Assembly (NCBI RefSeq): GCF_022539665.2
Contig: NC_081333.1
Location: forward strand, 12,586,001 to 12,650,000
DNA: 64,000 bases
Origin: Daphnia carinata
Taxonomy: Eukaryota
Direction: 5' to 3'
Positions within the stretch are counted from its first letter, which is position 1. The number at the start of each line of letters is the position of its first letter. The notes beneath the pieces were generated by a model that saw nothing but the letters and a program-made list of their open reading frames with translations, made no database searches and was not told the DNA's origin. This document shows positions 26,943 to 39,349 of this stretch, in pieces. The translations under genes and the position numbers were made by a program.

Positions 26943-26973
<31 letters not shown>

Positions 26974-29900
26974 GAGGTTGAGCAACGCTAACGTTTGTTT
27001 CTTCCTCTTCTTCGTTTACAACAACCGGAGCTTCTTCTTCTTCTTCTTGCGCCGGTTGTTCTTCGTCCACTGTGGCTTTCCTTCGGATGGGTTCCTCGTC
27101 GTCACCCCAAGTGAATTCGGCCACAGGTTCGATCGTTTCTTGCGGTTCTGCCAACATTTCTTCTGGTGTTGCTTCTTCGATGGGTGCGACATCTTGTGTC
27201 GCCATCTCTTCTACTGCCACATCTTGTGTCGCCATTTCTTGGGTCGCCATTTCTTCTGGTGCCACATCTTCGGCCATCGCTTCTTCCGCTGGTATTTGTT
27301 CTTCTTCAGCCACTACAGCTGTTTGTTCTTCTATCACCTCCTGCTCACCTTCTGCATTCTTCCGCCGATTAAAGATGAAATCTTCTCCGCCTTCCCAGAT
27401 GTCGTCTGTGGGGACCTTGACGGTCCAAACATAAGTCCATCAATTTTAAACGTTCAGATTGCAGGAAAAAAAAAAGTGTGAAACGCAATAGAAGAATGGT
27501 GTGTGCGTGAAGGGAGTCCGTTGAATGGGCTCGTAAAAATTGAGGAAAAAAAAAAAGAAAAGGCAAAGCCATTCAGGTTTATTAATATTTCTTCAAGAGT
27601 TAAATAAATATCCCAAAGCGAAGAAAAAACTCAAATGACAAACTGGCACGGCGAAAAAGGCGAAGAGAAAAAAAAAAAAAATAAAAGTGAAAACGAGAAG
27701 TGTATAGAAAAGAATTAGTAATTGGCTTTCGAAGGGTATTATTGTGTGTCAATATTTCGGGAAAATGAAAAATAAGTGCGCAATAAAAGGGAGGACGAGT
27801 TTGATTGTGTTGGATCTAAATGGAGAGAGAGAGAGAGAGAGAGAGGTGCATTACTGGGATTGATTGAATCAGTTGGGTTTGATTGGCTCTACTAGAATCT
27901 ATCACGAAAACACGGATAATGAATGATTATTTCTCAAAAAACGGCCATCAATCAAGTCACATAATGAGCGAGGCGTTTTTCAAATACAACCGTTCGTGTT
28001 GTCAATTGTCTCGAAGCAACCCCCGCCATTGTTTGTGAAAAAAAAATTCAATTAAATTAAGAAAATAAAATAACTATTAGATGGCAAACAGAGAGGAGAA
28101 ACAGAAACGCGTTTTGGTTTGGTGCACAACCATAGTGAAATGTGTGTTTTGTGTCGGTGCGTATGTGTGTGCGTGTTTTGGGAGACAACTTCAAATGTTA
28201 TTTTCCATACGATGCGACAGGCTGCCGGCGAGTGGAACGGAAGAACGCGGAATTATTTTGATGTCATCCACGGTTAAAAGCCGCCCAGTTAATTTCAAAA
28301 TTAAGTTAAGAAAAATGTTTCGAGTTTGTGTTCGTGTCAGTGTTATTCAGTTTTTGTCATGTGTCAGTTGAAGAATCTTTTCAATTTGCAAAAAGAAAAA
28401 AAAAAAAAAAAGACAGTTAATTAAAATTGTTTAAAAATTAAGAGTTAAAGAGTTGAAAAAAAAAAAAAGATGTTAATTTAAATGTTGATTTTGTTTCTTT
28501 GATTTGTTTTGTTTGTTTTTTAGTCGGTGCTTACTGCAACTTGTTCGGGGGCGGCGGCAGTTTCTTCGGCTGCGGCTTCCGGCTCGGCAGGAGCGGCTGC
28601 TGGCTCACTTTCTTCGGCAGCGGCGAGTTCGGCAACCACGGGCTCGGGTTCCGGTACTGGCATTTCAACTTCTTCGACTACTTCCGGCTCCTATTAAAGA
28701 ACAACAAAGATTCTCGTCTTATTTATATTATTTGACTAGCAAACTAGAGAATCCAATCAACAGCTTACGGGTTCGGGCTCGGGTTCCGGTTGTGCTTCTT
28801 CCACTGGAGCACTTTCTTCCTCTTCGACAACAGGCTCGGGATCAAGTTCAGGTTCAGGTTCGGGTTCCGGTTCCGGCTCGGGAGTTGGTTCCTTAACCTT
28901 GGACTTCTTCTTCTTCTTCTTCACTTCTTTCACCTCTTCTTCGGGTTCGGGTTCGGGCTCCGGTTCCGGCTCAACTTCGGCCGCGTAGTTGTCTTCCGGT
29001 TGCGTTTCATCGGCAAACGCAACAGTAGAAGATTCCGTTTCAACTGGCAAAGCCCATGGATCCTCGTCTTCCGGTTCGTCGTCATATTTGGTGATCATCT
29101 GCGCCTTGCGCTCCTCGGCCGCAATTCGGGCAATCTCTTCGTTGGCCTGGGCCACCTTCTTGTTCACACGATCCTATTCCGAACAATTTAAACAAAGATT
29201 TATTCCCCGCATCAGTACGTCGACAATCTCATTGGCAAAACACGACATCAAAGAGCAGGAAGATGTTTTTTTTTTTTCAATATTCCAAAGGATGAAGTAG
29301 AATGCCCTTCTGCCTTAATCAAAGCGAACAATCATCATGAAGAAAGGGCAGCCGATGAGGGGAATAGTTGGGAGCCGTTGCTGGGCAACACAAATTCAGA
29401 TTGAAAAGCAAATGCCAAGGGTGTCGTGGAAATGTCCGTTCAAATATGGAAATAGGATAGCAGCTTGTGCGCAAGACACGTGACAGCTTACCACGATGCG
29501 TTCGGGATCCCTTTTCTCGTTGATGCGTTTCCGCGCCGAAACCCTTCGTGCCATTCGCTGATCCCTCGTCGTGTACACAACTGAAAATACAAGGAAGAAG
29601 ACAGTTTTTTTTTTTTTTTTTTTTCAAAAGAAGGTTTGAGAAACGTGGCACGTGCGCAATCCAATTGACAAACAGTGAAAAGCTTTCGAGAAAAAAGGGA
29701 GAACAGGGAAGAGCGCTGGATTTAAAATGAGGGATAGACAGGCATTCAAAACCAAGGGTTTCAGGATCGTCTTGTTATTGACGATACCCATCCAATGAGC
29801 GCAAGTGCATGAATCGCAGATTGCGCTGGGCCGCCTTCCGTTTCACGTCATGAACGTAAGATATTTTCTCCTGAGGGGAGGTGAACGAGTACTACAAAGA

Positions 29901-32900
29901 TTACGGTGTAGGTAAATGATTGAAAATGGGGTAGTAGGGTAGGGAATGAAAATGATGGCAATGTAAAAAAATATTTTGAGTTCGTATGACAGACCTGGTC
30001 CGGTACTGTGTGCCCGTCGTGAACTGCGGATGTAGTGAGACAGGAAAGAGATTCCGCATTTGATTTTGCTGTCATCATCCGAGTACTTTGGAGTGCTGCG
30101 TTTAGACTGCGGGTAATGTCCTGCATAGGAAATGCATGCCAAATGACCTTTGCCTTGTTAATATGCAATGTTACGTGATTAATGAGTTATGCAATAAGCA
30201 AAATCAAATAGGAAAAACAAAAGAAAAGAAATGAAAAAAAAAGAAAAGAATAATCAACATGATTGAAATCAAACAGACACGACGATAATGGCTGGTGTGA
30301 TCGATTTCGGATGAGATCAATATTCGACACGTGTCCAAACCATCAAACACCTGAATTCTTTACACATGGCGACCAAACGAAGCCGGTCGTGACACAACAC
30401 CCCAATGAAATTGTCCGACAAAAATGTCTGATCAAATATCGTGAATAGTTAATGACACTTTGGACATTTAAAAACACCATTCAATAAAATGGTCTAATTT
30501 TGAAATGTAATGGCATTAATGAAAAAAAAAAGATCGTATTGCTAACCGATGGTGGTTCTGTAGCTATCGGAGTCCCTGCTGGAACGGCTGGACAAGTACA
30601 TGGAGTGACGCGAATCATAGGAAGGCGATTCATACATGGATGAATCGCGTGACCTCAACGACGACGGCCGAAAGTACGAGCTGGAACTGGCCCTCTCGTA
30701 GTCGCTACTGCCACTCAAATAGCTGAATCAAGAAATCACAGAGACTTGTCGAATCATTGCGATATTCAATTGCTGGCCAATTTTGCATTACCGAGCCGAG
30801 TTGCGGCCAGCCAACTGAGACGGTTCCATGTGGTAATTATTAACAGGCGTGTAGCGATTGAGGACGGTCGAGGCTGCATAACGCCAATTGCGCATATCAT
30901 CTTGGATATCCTAGTAACCAGAAATGATGTTCAATTAGATGCAGTAATAACAAGAGAAACTCAATTGCCCGGCATGTGGGCCATATTAAATAATATCTCT
31001 TCATTAAAGTGCAATTGCTCTCGATTGAACGGTAGAACAAATGCCAATCGAAGGATGTAATAACTCGTAATCATAAAATACATCATGAAAGCGGATGAAC
31101 CACTCCATTTGCCCGTTTCGGAGAACTTGTCCGTTGCTCCAATTTCTATAAAAAAAAAACATTTGAATGGACTTGTTGTTAAATCCCCCACCTTATTCTC
31201 GTCCAACGACTTGATTGTTCCGCCCCAGATTTCATTTTTTTTTCCCCATCAAATGCGCTTCATTCTGATCTGGAAACGTGACCTAACTATTGATTTCAAA
31301 CGGCCGAAACGACTTTTGGTCTGGCCAAAAAAAAAAATTGCCCATCATTCAACATCACGAAGCTCCCGCATCCTCAAAAAATTTTTTTTTTATCGATCGC
31401 ATAACAATCCGCCATTTTTTCCCCTTCCAAAGGCCCAGGTTTCCTCCTTCGTTCCCCCGGATTGCATCAATTCCCATAACGTTTAGATAAATTAAATTAT
31501 CGAACGCGTTTTTTTTTTTGCCTCCCCAACATTTTGCTAGTAACCCGTTCTCTGCGACCTTATAGATTTGAATTTTCCTCGGTGCAGACTGACAATACAT
31601 CATCATCATATTGCCCTTTCCTTTCCTAGCGCAAGCGAAAACCGAATTTTGTTTTGTGTGCGTAAGCAAATTGACATCCCGCAGCGTATTATTCGAAGAA
31701 AGGTTGGACTTACTTGCATCGATGTTGCGAACGTATCCTCCAAATAGGAAGCGGGATTATATTTGGGCACTACTTGAATCAGGATTGGTTCTACAGCGTC
31801 CGAATAGAGTGCGCTCATACGATGGGCCGATATCGGCACGGAAAACATGGACGGTGGGGCCGAGGGTGTCAAACGTTGATGAGCGATCCTCGGGATGGAT
31901 CCGTGATACGTTTGCGCCTACATATAAAAAAAAAATGATTAGAGCGACATGGCCGCAAAAAAACAAAAAACAAATATTGATTAAACGTCCATTCATTTGC
32001 CACAAAATGATAGCAAAGCATTATTGCAGAACAAGCTTTTCGTTACACATCGAGATTGACTCAGTTATGATTTCATATCGAATAAACGTATTAATGTTAT
32101 CGAACATTCTTTCTACGCGTGTACCCTTTCACTAGTATCTTTTCAACAAAAGCAATAACACACATTTTTTTTTTTAGTGATCAGTTGAAGTCATTCAACG
32201 CTAACACAGAAACGGCAAAGAGCAAAAGATAGGCGTGTGTAAATGTTTTAAAGAAAAATTTCAAAATAAAAGCAGCGAAAAAAAAACCCATCATGCGGAG
32301 ATTGTTAGTGGCGATTTGTTTTGTTTTTCTCGCCATCTACCATTGCGTAATGAGTAGGCCAACGCCCATTTTTTTCACCTACATTTTGAATAAAGCCATT
32401 ATTAATGAATGAAGAATGTTGCCATTCGTTGCGCATGACCCAGAAACGTTGTGAACCTCCAAGTTGCCTTATCAAGACGGTTGTATACGAAACAAAATGA
32501 GCTGACATCCAATCTGATTGTCTTTTCCCGGTTTTTGATTGCGAAATGTTTCCAAGTCATGCTGGACAATGATGCCCGTAGGAACGGTGAACGAAGAGGG
32601 CAGTGGGAAAGTCCTTGGCTTATTGACGTCAATGAGATCGTGCATCAGCACATTTGAAGGTAATTTTTCGTAGCGTGAATGAGGGCCGCGTCGTTTGCAA
32701 ACAAACGACGGCATAACAATGGCCGCAATAAGGGTAGGTGGACTAGCAAGCTAATATAGCTTCGATGGGCAGTCAGAGCCAGTCAATAAACAGCGGTAAA
32801 TGAACCTGCATTAATGTTTGCACACGCAGCCATAAAAGAGTCACGATCGACTGGCAAAGAATGATTTGAGATGAGCCCCCAACTCGTCGCTGTTACGCAA

Positions 32901-35900
32901 GCACATATGCCCCCTCCCCATTTCGGGTGGTCGTCGAACGACGTTGGTTTTACTTGGAAAATTGACAGGAAAGATCGCGATAGATGGATCACTAATTCGC
33001 AGCGAAACGACGTCTAGCGGTTCGAGCCTTTTTTGAGAAATGATCCAAGTTTTATGTTATGTCGTTAACGATTGGCCGGTTAGTCGTCAAGCAATCGATT
33101 TAGATGGGCCATTCAATTTGATAGAAAGCTTTTTGCGAGAGTATTGGAACAAAAAGATACCTTGCCTATTCCTGGTAGATGGTGGAAGTACACCTTAGCG
33201 GGACGGTGATGCTACGTGAATAAAACGAGGAGATATGCGTAATCCCGTAAGGAATTAAATTGGAATTTCACCAAAAAGATTAACGATTATTTACTGTTCA
33301 TTCAAAAATGCCCCCCCCCTTTTTTCTAATTTTATTTGATAAGAAATTTTAAGATTTTAACCGATCCCAACCCAAACAACGCACTGAAATTAACACGACA
33401 TCAATATAAACTACTTGACTAATGCAATTCTTTTGAATTATTCAAGGAAGTGATTAAATATGTTCAGGTCGATCCATTCGCGATTACGCTTGATAACGAA
33501 ACACACCAACATAGAGAATGAGCAAATTAATTTGTTACTTGAGTGACAATTGTGAATAATTGCTCAAGCCCAAATGTCAGTAAATGAGACACGAACGAAT
33601 AAAAGCAATGAAATGTGCGACAAATTAGGTGATTCCTAAATTCCTAAGATATTTATAATTGTATGAAATTCTACAATTAGAAATATCATTGCAATGACGT
33701 AACAGACTCTCAGTTCGCCAAATCAAATACGATAAAATGGGCAACATGATTTTAGAAGACTCGTGAATCAAAATGTCAAAGTTGATTATGAAGGTGCTAA
33801 TGAACGATATATGCGCGAAAGTTTTAAGACTGAAACGGCTTTAAGTTCGAATGGGTATTTGATGAATGCCAAAGCTGCATAATCGCAAGATCCCCCCAAG
33901 CCAAGGGAAAAACATCGGCCGGAATAAAGTTAAAACAAAACTGAAAATGTCAAAGGTTCGCAGCGGATTATCACGGATAGGTACGCGAATTTCTTAATAA
34001 ATCATAATTCCATTCGTTCGCCATACGCTCAGGCTAGCGGGATTCGCCATATCTCCGCCTTTACATCTCCAAAAACGTTCGTGGGGCACGCTTGGCTATC
34101 GGTGCGTGCTTCGTGGGACGTGCTACCAGACAAAGTGCACACTAAGTTTCGTGTAACTGCCGTCTGTAGAACATTGCGGGTCTTCTTTTAATAGAGAAGA
34201 AGGCGTGTGTGTAACAGAAGCACGAGGGCATAACGGACGCTTAAGTTCGTGTGTAGGTATACAACATGCGTCCACGGACTTTGTGGCCGTACGTGCAAAG
34301 GTGGAGGGCAACGACGCGCGTAGACGCCAGAAGCCTACACCCCAACCCGCGACATCTGGCCTTAAGTACACCTTCAATGTTGGCATACGGCAGAGGAACC
34401 GAAAGAAAAACGAGCGTACGGGAATGGCATCATTTGATCCGCAGCGGGCGTCCAAAGTGAAAGTTGATGATGCGCGCAAAAGAAAAGAAAAGAAAAAAAA
34501 AAGGACCAATCAGAGAAAGGAAGAAAATGTCGTGACAACTTACGTTCCAGGCCACGTGACATACGACATAGGGCGGGGTAATGTCAGGGCGTCACGTGAG
34601 ACAGGGACGTAGGTCGGCCATTACAAAGACTAATTAGCTTTCAAAGCCATGCAAGTCATCGAACCAATTAATTTAGCCAATTCTCTTCTGTTTTGTCCTT
34701 TTTTTTTGTCCTTTTTTAAATGTTCATTTCTTGTAAAACTCAACGCAGGGTGGGGCACAAATGAATCCATAAGGTGAAAAAATGGCTATTTTTCAAGGAC
34801 AAATCCAGACTACATTTAGCCCGCAAATTATGTTTTGAGGCATTTGGCATTCAGATAAATGGACACGTCGCAAAGCCAATCGCCACCACTCCCATGTTTC
34901 GCCTGAAACCATCCAACTACCAGCCGTTCAAATGAAATCGTTCCAGCATTTATTGTGAATTAGCCAATATAATTTCATCGACTACGAACCTCCGGTTATC
35001 TTTGCTTAAAAATAAGGCGCGAAAAGCGAGAAATAAAATGATAATAATACAAGAGTGTTAACAGTTTTACGAGCCCCATAATTTTACCGCAACGATGTGC
35101 ATCGTATCACATCACAACAATAGCGTCAGTCGAATGCGATCGGGATAAATTTCAAAGATGCCCAAAGGGCATATCGATAACGCGACACTCTTAAAAGACA
35201 AGAGAGCACTTATTTTAAATAGCTGCTCAGTTTGCAAACGAGATTGTTCGGTTATGCTTTTGTTTTATACGATGACGCATTACTTTCTGCCCACAAAGCC
35301 CTACTTTCCTCAATTTCATCGGAGAACAAAAAAAAATAGCAGAATAGACGTAAATGGCGTGAACGAGATTATTCGATTAGTAGTTAGCTCTTGAGCAATG
35401 TTTTTTGTCAGTGATATTTGAAAAAAAAGAAAGCGAGAATGACGATAAATCTGCACACCCATCAAGTCTACAGGATGCCGGGGGAGCCATTAGCCGAAGT
35501 TGTCCGGCGGACGCGGTTTGAATGGAAGCAACAACAACAACAAAAATGAGTTGCGTGAAAAAGAACAAAACGAAAAAGCAAAAAGCTGTAAAGGGCAGCC
35601 GAACGAGAGAAAAATAAGATAAGAATATGAGGATACAAGTAGCAAGCCAGCTTGTGAGTGGCGCAAAAGCCTATTTTCAGTTATACGGCCGTGAGCCGCA
35701 AAAGGCGGGCGTGAGCGAACTGGGCCAAACTTACCCGAGGAGTCGACACCGAATAGATGGATGCGCGCGGATAGAACGAATATGCAGAAGGATGATAATC
35801 GCTCCAATACGACGCCTATTGTGCATAATTAGACACATTCCATCAAGTTAGCATCTGCTTCAGCTAATGCGTCATTATAGCTCCTCAACGGCGGCCACGG

Positions 35901-38277
35901 AGTTCAATTTACGATTTTGTCAGTGAGGCAGCAAGTTACAAAATAGCCTAATGTGAGGGACCCCATTGACTTTTTACATTATAAACAAAGCAGCAAAATT
36001 CCCGGCCTTTCATTTTTCAGCTTGCAATTTTCATTAGTTATTCCGTTCGGATTTTTTTGGGCAAGCTTGCCGCTCCTTTCGCCACCCACCTCGACTTCCT
36101 TCAGAGCTTATTTTAGTCCCGGAAAAAAGGCAGAAGCCATGCAGACCCCCCTCTTTTTTTTTTTCTTTCTTTTGTTGCGTTATTTTTTTTATACAACGGG
36201 CACTGCCGCTACCGTCCGGCACGCCGAGGCGTCCATTTCTATTCCCGTCCCTGTATGAACTCAACTCTTTACAAAAAAAAAAAAGCGTGGGCGCGTGATT
36301 TTTTTTTTGTTTGTGTTTGTTTTAAATGGTTGCTATTCATTTCGGGTCGGGAAGGGATTTTAACGCCATTTTCTAAAAGGCGGAAAAAAACAAGAGAAGC
36401 ACATCATCTCAAATGTATGGGTTCGCAAAGAGAACCTAATATCCTTACTGTGCATATCCGTCATCAATTTCGGTGGGCAGCGCACTTTTGAACAACAAAA
36501 GAAAAAGGATAAGCGACTCGAGTTGGTTTCAAAGACATTAGCCAAGGAATGTGCGGGCCACTACCCAAATAAACTCGCCGTCACAAAGCTGCAAAGACGG
36601 ACAACGCGCTCGAGTGAAAAAAAAGAGAAACACGTTAAAGAGTCATTTTTGGCTTCCGCCTTCATCTTTCTTCCCTTTCGTCGACTTCCTACTCTTTTTC
36701 CTGTGACACTCTTACACCGGCCAGTGGGGCCATTCTACTAGCCGGAGCTCACCGAGACGTTGGTGAGAAAGAGCCTATTAAGGCCAGATCTGCGAGTCCC
36801 GGTGCGACTGCTGGTGGCAAAGGACATTCAAAGTCGGAAATGAAAAATAACAAGTGGTAGGGGGGGGCCAACGACAAAAGCCTTTCGTCATCGCTGGGCA
36901 ACGCCTGAAAAAGCAATCATTTTCGATGCGATCGTTTCTGCCTATCACCAGCACACGAGAAATGAAACCTCCACTCTGAGCGAAATCCAATTCGAACGGA
37001 AATATGCGGTCAAACGGGACCCACCGACAGTTGGTGGGCTTGTCGGTACGTGTTGTTATTCGCCTCCATTACAAAAAATCATTTCCGCACATTCGACCTT
37101 CCTATTTCCCGACCACTGAACTCGTGCGCATTGTTGTCTCGTATTGACCTTATCCAAGAAAATAAAAATATCTTATAAAAAAAAAAGAAATTTTTTTTTT
37201 TTGACATGAACGCAGAGAAAGTGTGTTACAGATTCTTGGCGTTGGATTCGGCTGTGACGTGTACGATCGCATTGCCAAGAAAATGGTTCGACATGTCAAA
37301 AGGAAGTTGCTGATGGTTTCTGTACCCAATGAGCGAACCCTAGTATCGCCGTACGTGCTGATGAAGACATTGACTCAAACAAAACAAAAGCCCCAGCGGA
37401 AAAAGCATAAGGTAAACAAGATCAACGACCAACTTCTACATCGTGGGGATCCAAATAGGAAACGAAAGAGTTTTTTGCCGATATGAGTTGGCACAAACAA
37501 GACAAAAGTTTTCACTGTAGACGCAAATAAAATTGAAAACAAAAAAAAAAGGGGGGGGGGGGGGGGGGTAGGATAAGATCACGTGTTTTTTCTCCCGTCC
37601 AAAATTAGATCCCGGAGGTGCTGGGAGCACAGGATTACAGGATCTATTAGGAAGGAAGTTGGCGTAAACACAGCCTACGCTCCGTTCCCACATTTTTTTT
37701 GCGATTCATGCTAAGATAAGTAAACTGGGAGTTCGGCAATCAACCCATCACTCTTCCCCTTTGGCAAGATGAATCTCGATGATTGCTTGCCCACCCATTT
37801 CGCAAAATGTCAGCTGTGACGGCTGTGCAAAAACAGAAAAAGCGTGGAAAATAAGAAGGGAATGAGAGCAATGATTTTAGCGATTCAACGTCGAATCACT
37901 TCCGCTTCCTTTTGTTTTGTCTTCCGTTGTCAAACGCATTCGACTTAATAATAACAACGCCAACAAGTATGTTCTAATGGGCCTATCAAGACGCTGGATC
38001 TTTTGATGTCGTTTCTAAGCGTGGCAAGGCACGAAAACCTGATTATTTCATTTCTCTGGCTGTTTGCTTTACCATTTGAGAAAAACTAATTTTTGAGTAC
38101 CTCGATTCACGAAACGGAAAATAAAAAAGACAAACGTAATTAGAGAATTTCATTTCCCCAATAGGGAAAACTCACCGGCATGTAGTTGCTACGCAGTGAC
38201 GATGTGTAGGATGATGACGACGACGAAGGGCCATAAGAGCCACCATATCCTCGTTGACTAGAATAGTAGCCTGCCAT
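26933..38277 (-). CDS. fau/CG45076-CG45078-like protein, paralogue 1 (long form with E/P-rich tail; 628 aa without cassette exons)
   Basis: Phase-consistent GT-AG exons: 38176-38277, [35735-35815], [33161-33211], 31714-31917, 30792-30910, 30547-30722, 29995-30147, 29492-29580, 28769-29173, 28535-28690, 26933-27415. Motifs [20 protein letters not shown] and [10 protein letters not shown]…GISFLSHY plus the acidic tail resemble the insect fau-locus proteins as recalled; the family call is less sure than the gene model. Confidence 0.8.
27823..27844. repeat. (GA)n microsatellite
   Basis: Direct reading of the sequence. Confidence 0.9.
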
Positions 38278-38687
38278 TGCTATAGTTTCCTCCAGATCCG
38301 AAATTAAACGCCGATTGAATATGCAGCAATCACATCACCAGCGACAACGGCAATAAAAAATTGAATAAAATAAAAGAGTAAAAATACACATGTACAAAAG
38401 TTAATATAATAAAATAATTTCGTTCTTGTTACCCGGTTGCTTTTATGCAGTCGAATCCAGAACGTGAAAAGACCACTTTTAATGAACAACTGCACGATCG
38501 GCCCAGAGGAGGGAAAAGGGAAGTTTCGAATGGAAGGAGATGAATTGTCCTTCGTCCGGTCACCAAGAAGAGTGCGTCGTCGACTGTACTTGCAGTGGAC
38601 GTGAAGATGCAAACCGACTCGAGATCCTCTACCTCCAAAACACAAGTCTTCCACAAGATCGCAAGCTTCCACAAGCTTCCACGAGCA

Positions 38688-38697
38688 CTAAATTTAG
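38688..38697. promoter_or_regulatory. MEF2-type site upstream of paralogue 1
   Basis: CTAAATTTAG fits CTA(A/T)4TAG; positionally conserved in all three paralogues. Confidence 0.65.
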
Positions 38698-39349
38698 ATG
38701 CCACGGTCAATGAGAAATAGACATAAGAAAAAGGAAGAGAAAGAAAAGAAAATAGGAAGAAGGACGGGATAGAAAGGGGGGAAAAACAAAATAGAATTCA
38801 CTTCTTATGGTTTCCATTCCCTTCATCTCATCTGCTTTGGCCCATTTTTGTCTTCATCTGTCTTGGCTTTCTTGGCACCACCTACGCATCGCTTTTCAAC
38901 AATGGGTTAAAGAAATTGGCGGTGTTAACAAAATTTTAGAAGGTAGGACATTAGGCGAGAGTAACATCTCGTTTCACATCCAAAACAATCAAACTAAAGC
39001 TGCAAGGTCAATAATAAGCCCTACAGCTTACGTAGCAACTCTTGCGCCAAGCTTGCACAACGGCATCCGTTGCGCTTTCCAAATAAAGATAAAGACGAAG
39101 ATTAATTGCTTTGCGTGGTAAAACGAAGCAAAAAGATTTCCGTCGGTAAATCGGGAATGCATTTTTGCTCCCCAAAATTAGCGACTTAATCGTTTGCGTC
39201 TATTTTCCTTCTTGTAGACGCTTTTGGGTTCCAAATGCGGATCTGCCTCTGCTCGGCTAGAACCCTAGGTGGTAGCACAATTACCGCTGTTTTCAACCAA
39301 CTAATACGCGCATCAACATGTATCATCGCGTCTATTCGGAAAACAATCC

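Noticed and set aside
26927..29191. Plus-strand F/L-rich ORFs (26927-27481, 28504-28896, 28790-29191)
   Set aside because: They are antisense shadows of the E/P-rich minus-strand exons.
34120..34630. Nested gene or promoter (CCAAT, two CACGTG, GC box, ORFs on both strands, minus-strand donor near 34543)
   Set aside because: No consistent acceptor or frame linking it to paralogue 1, and motifs this short can co-occur by chance.
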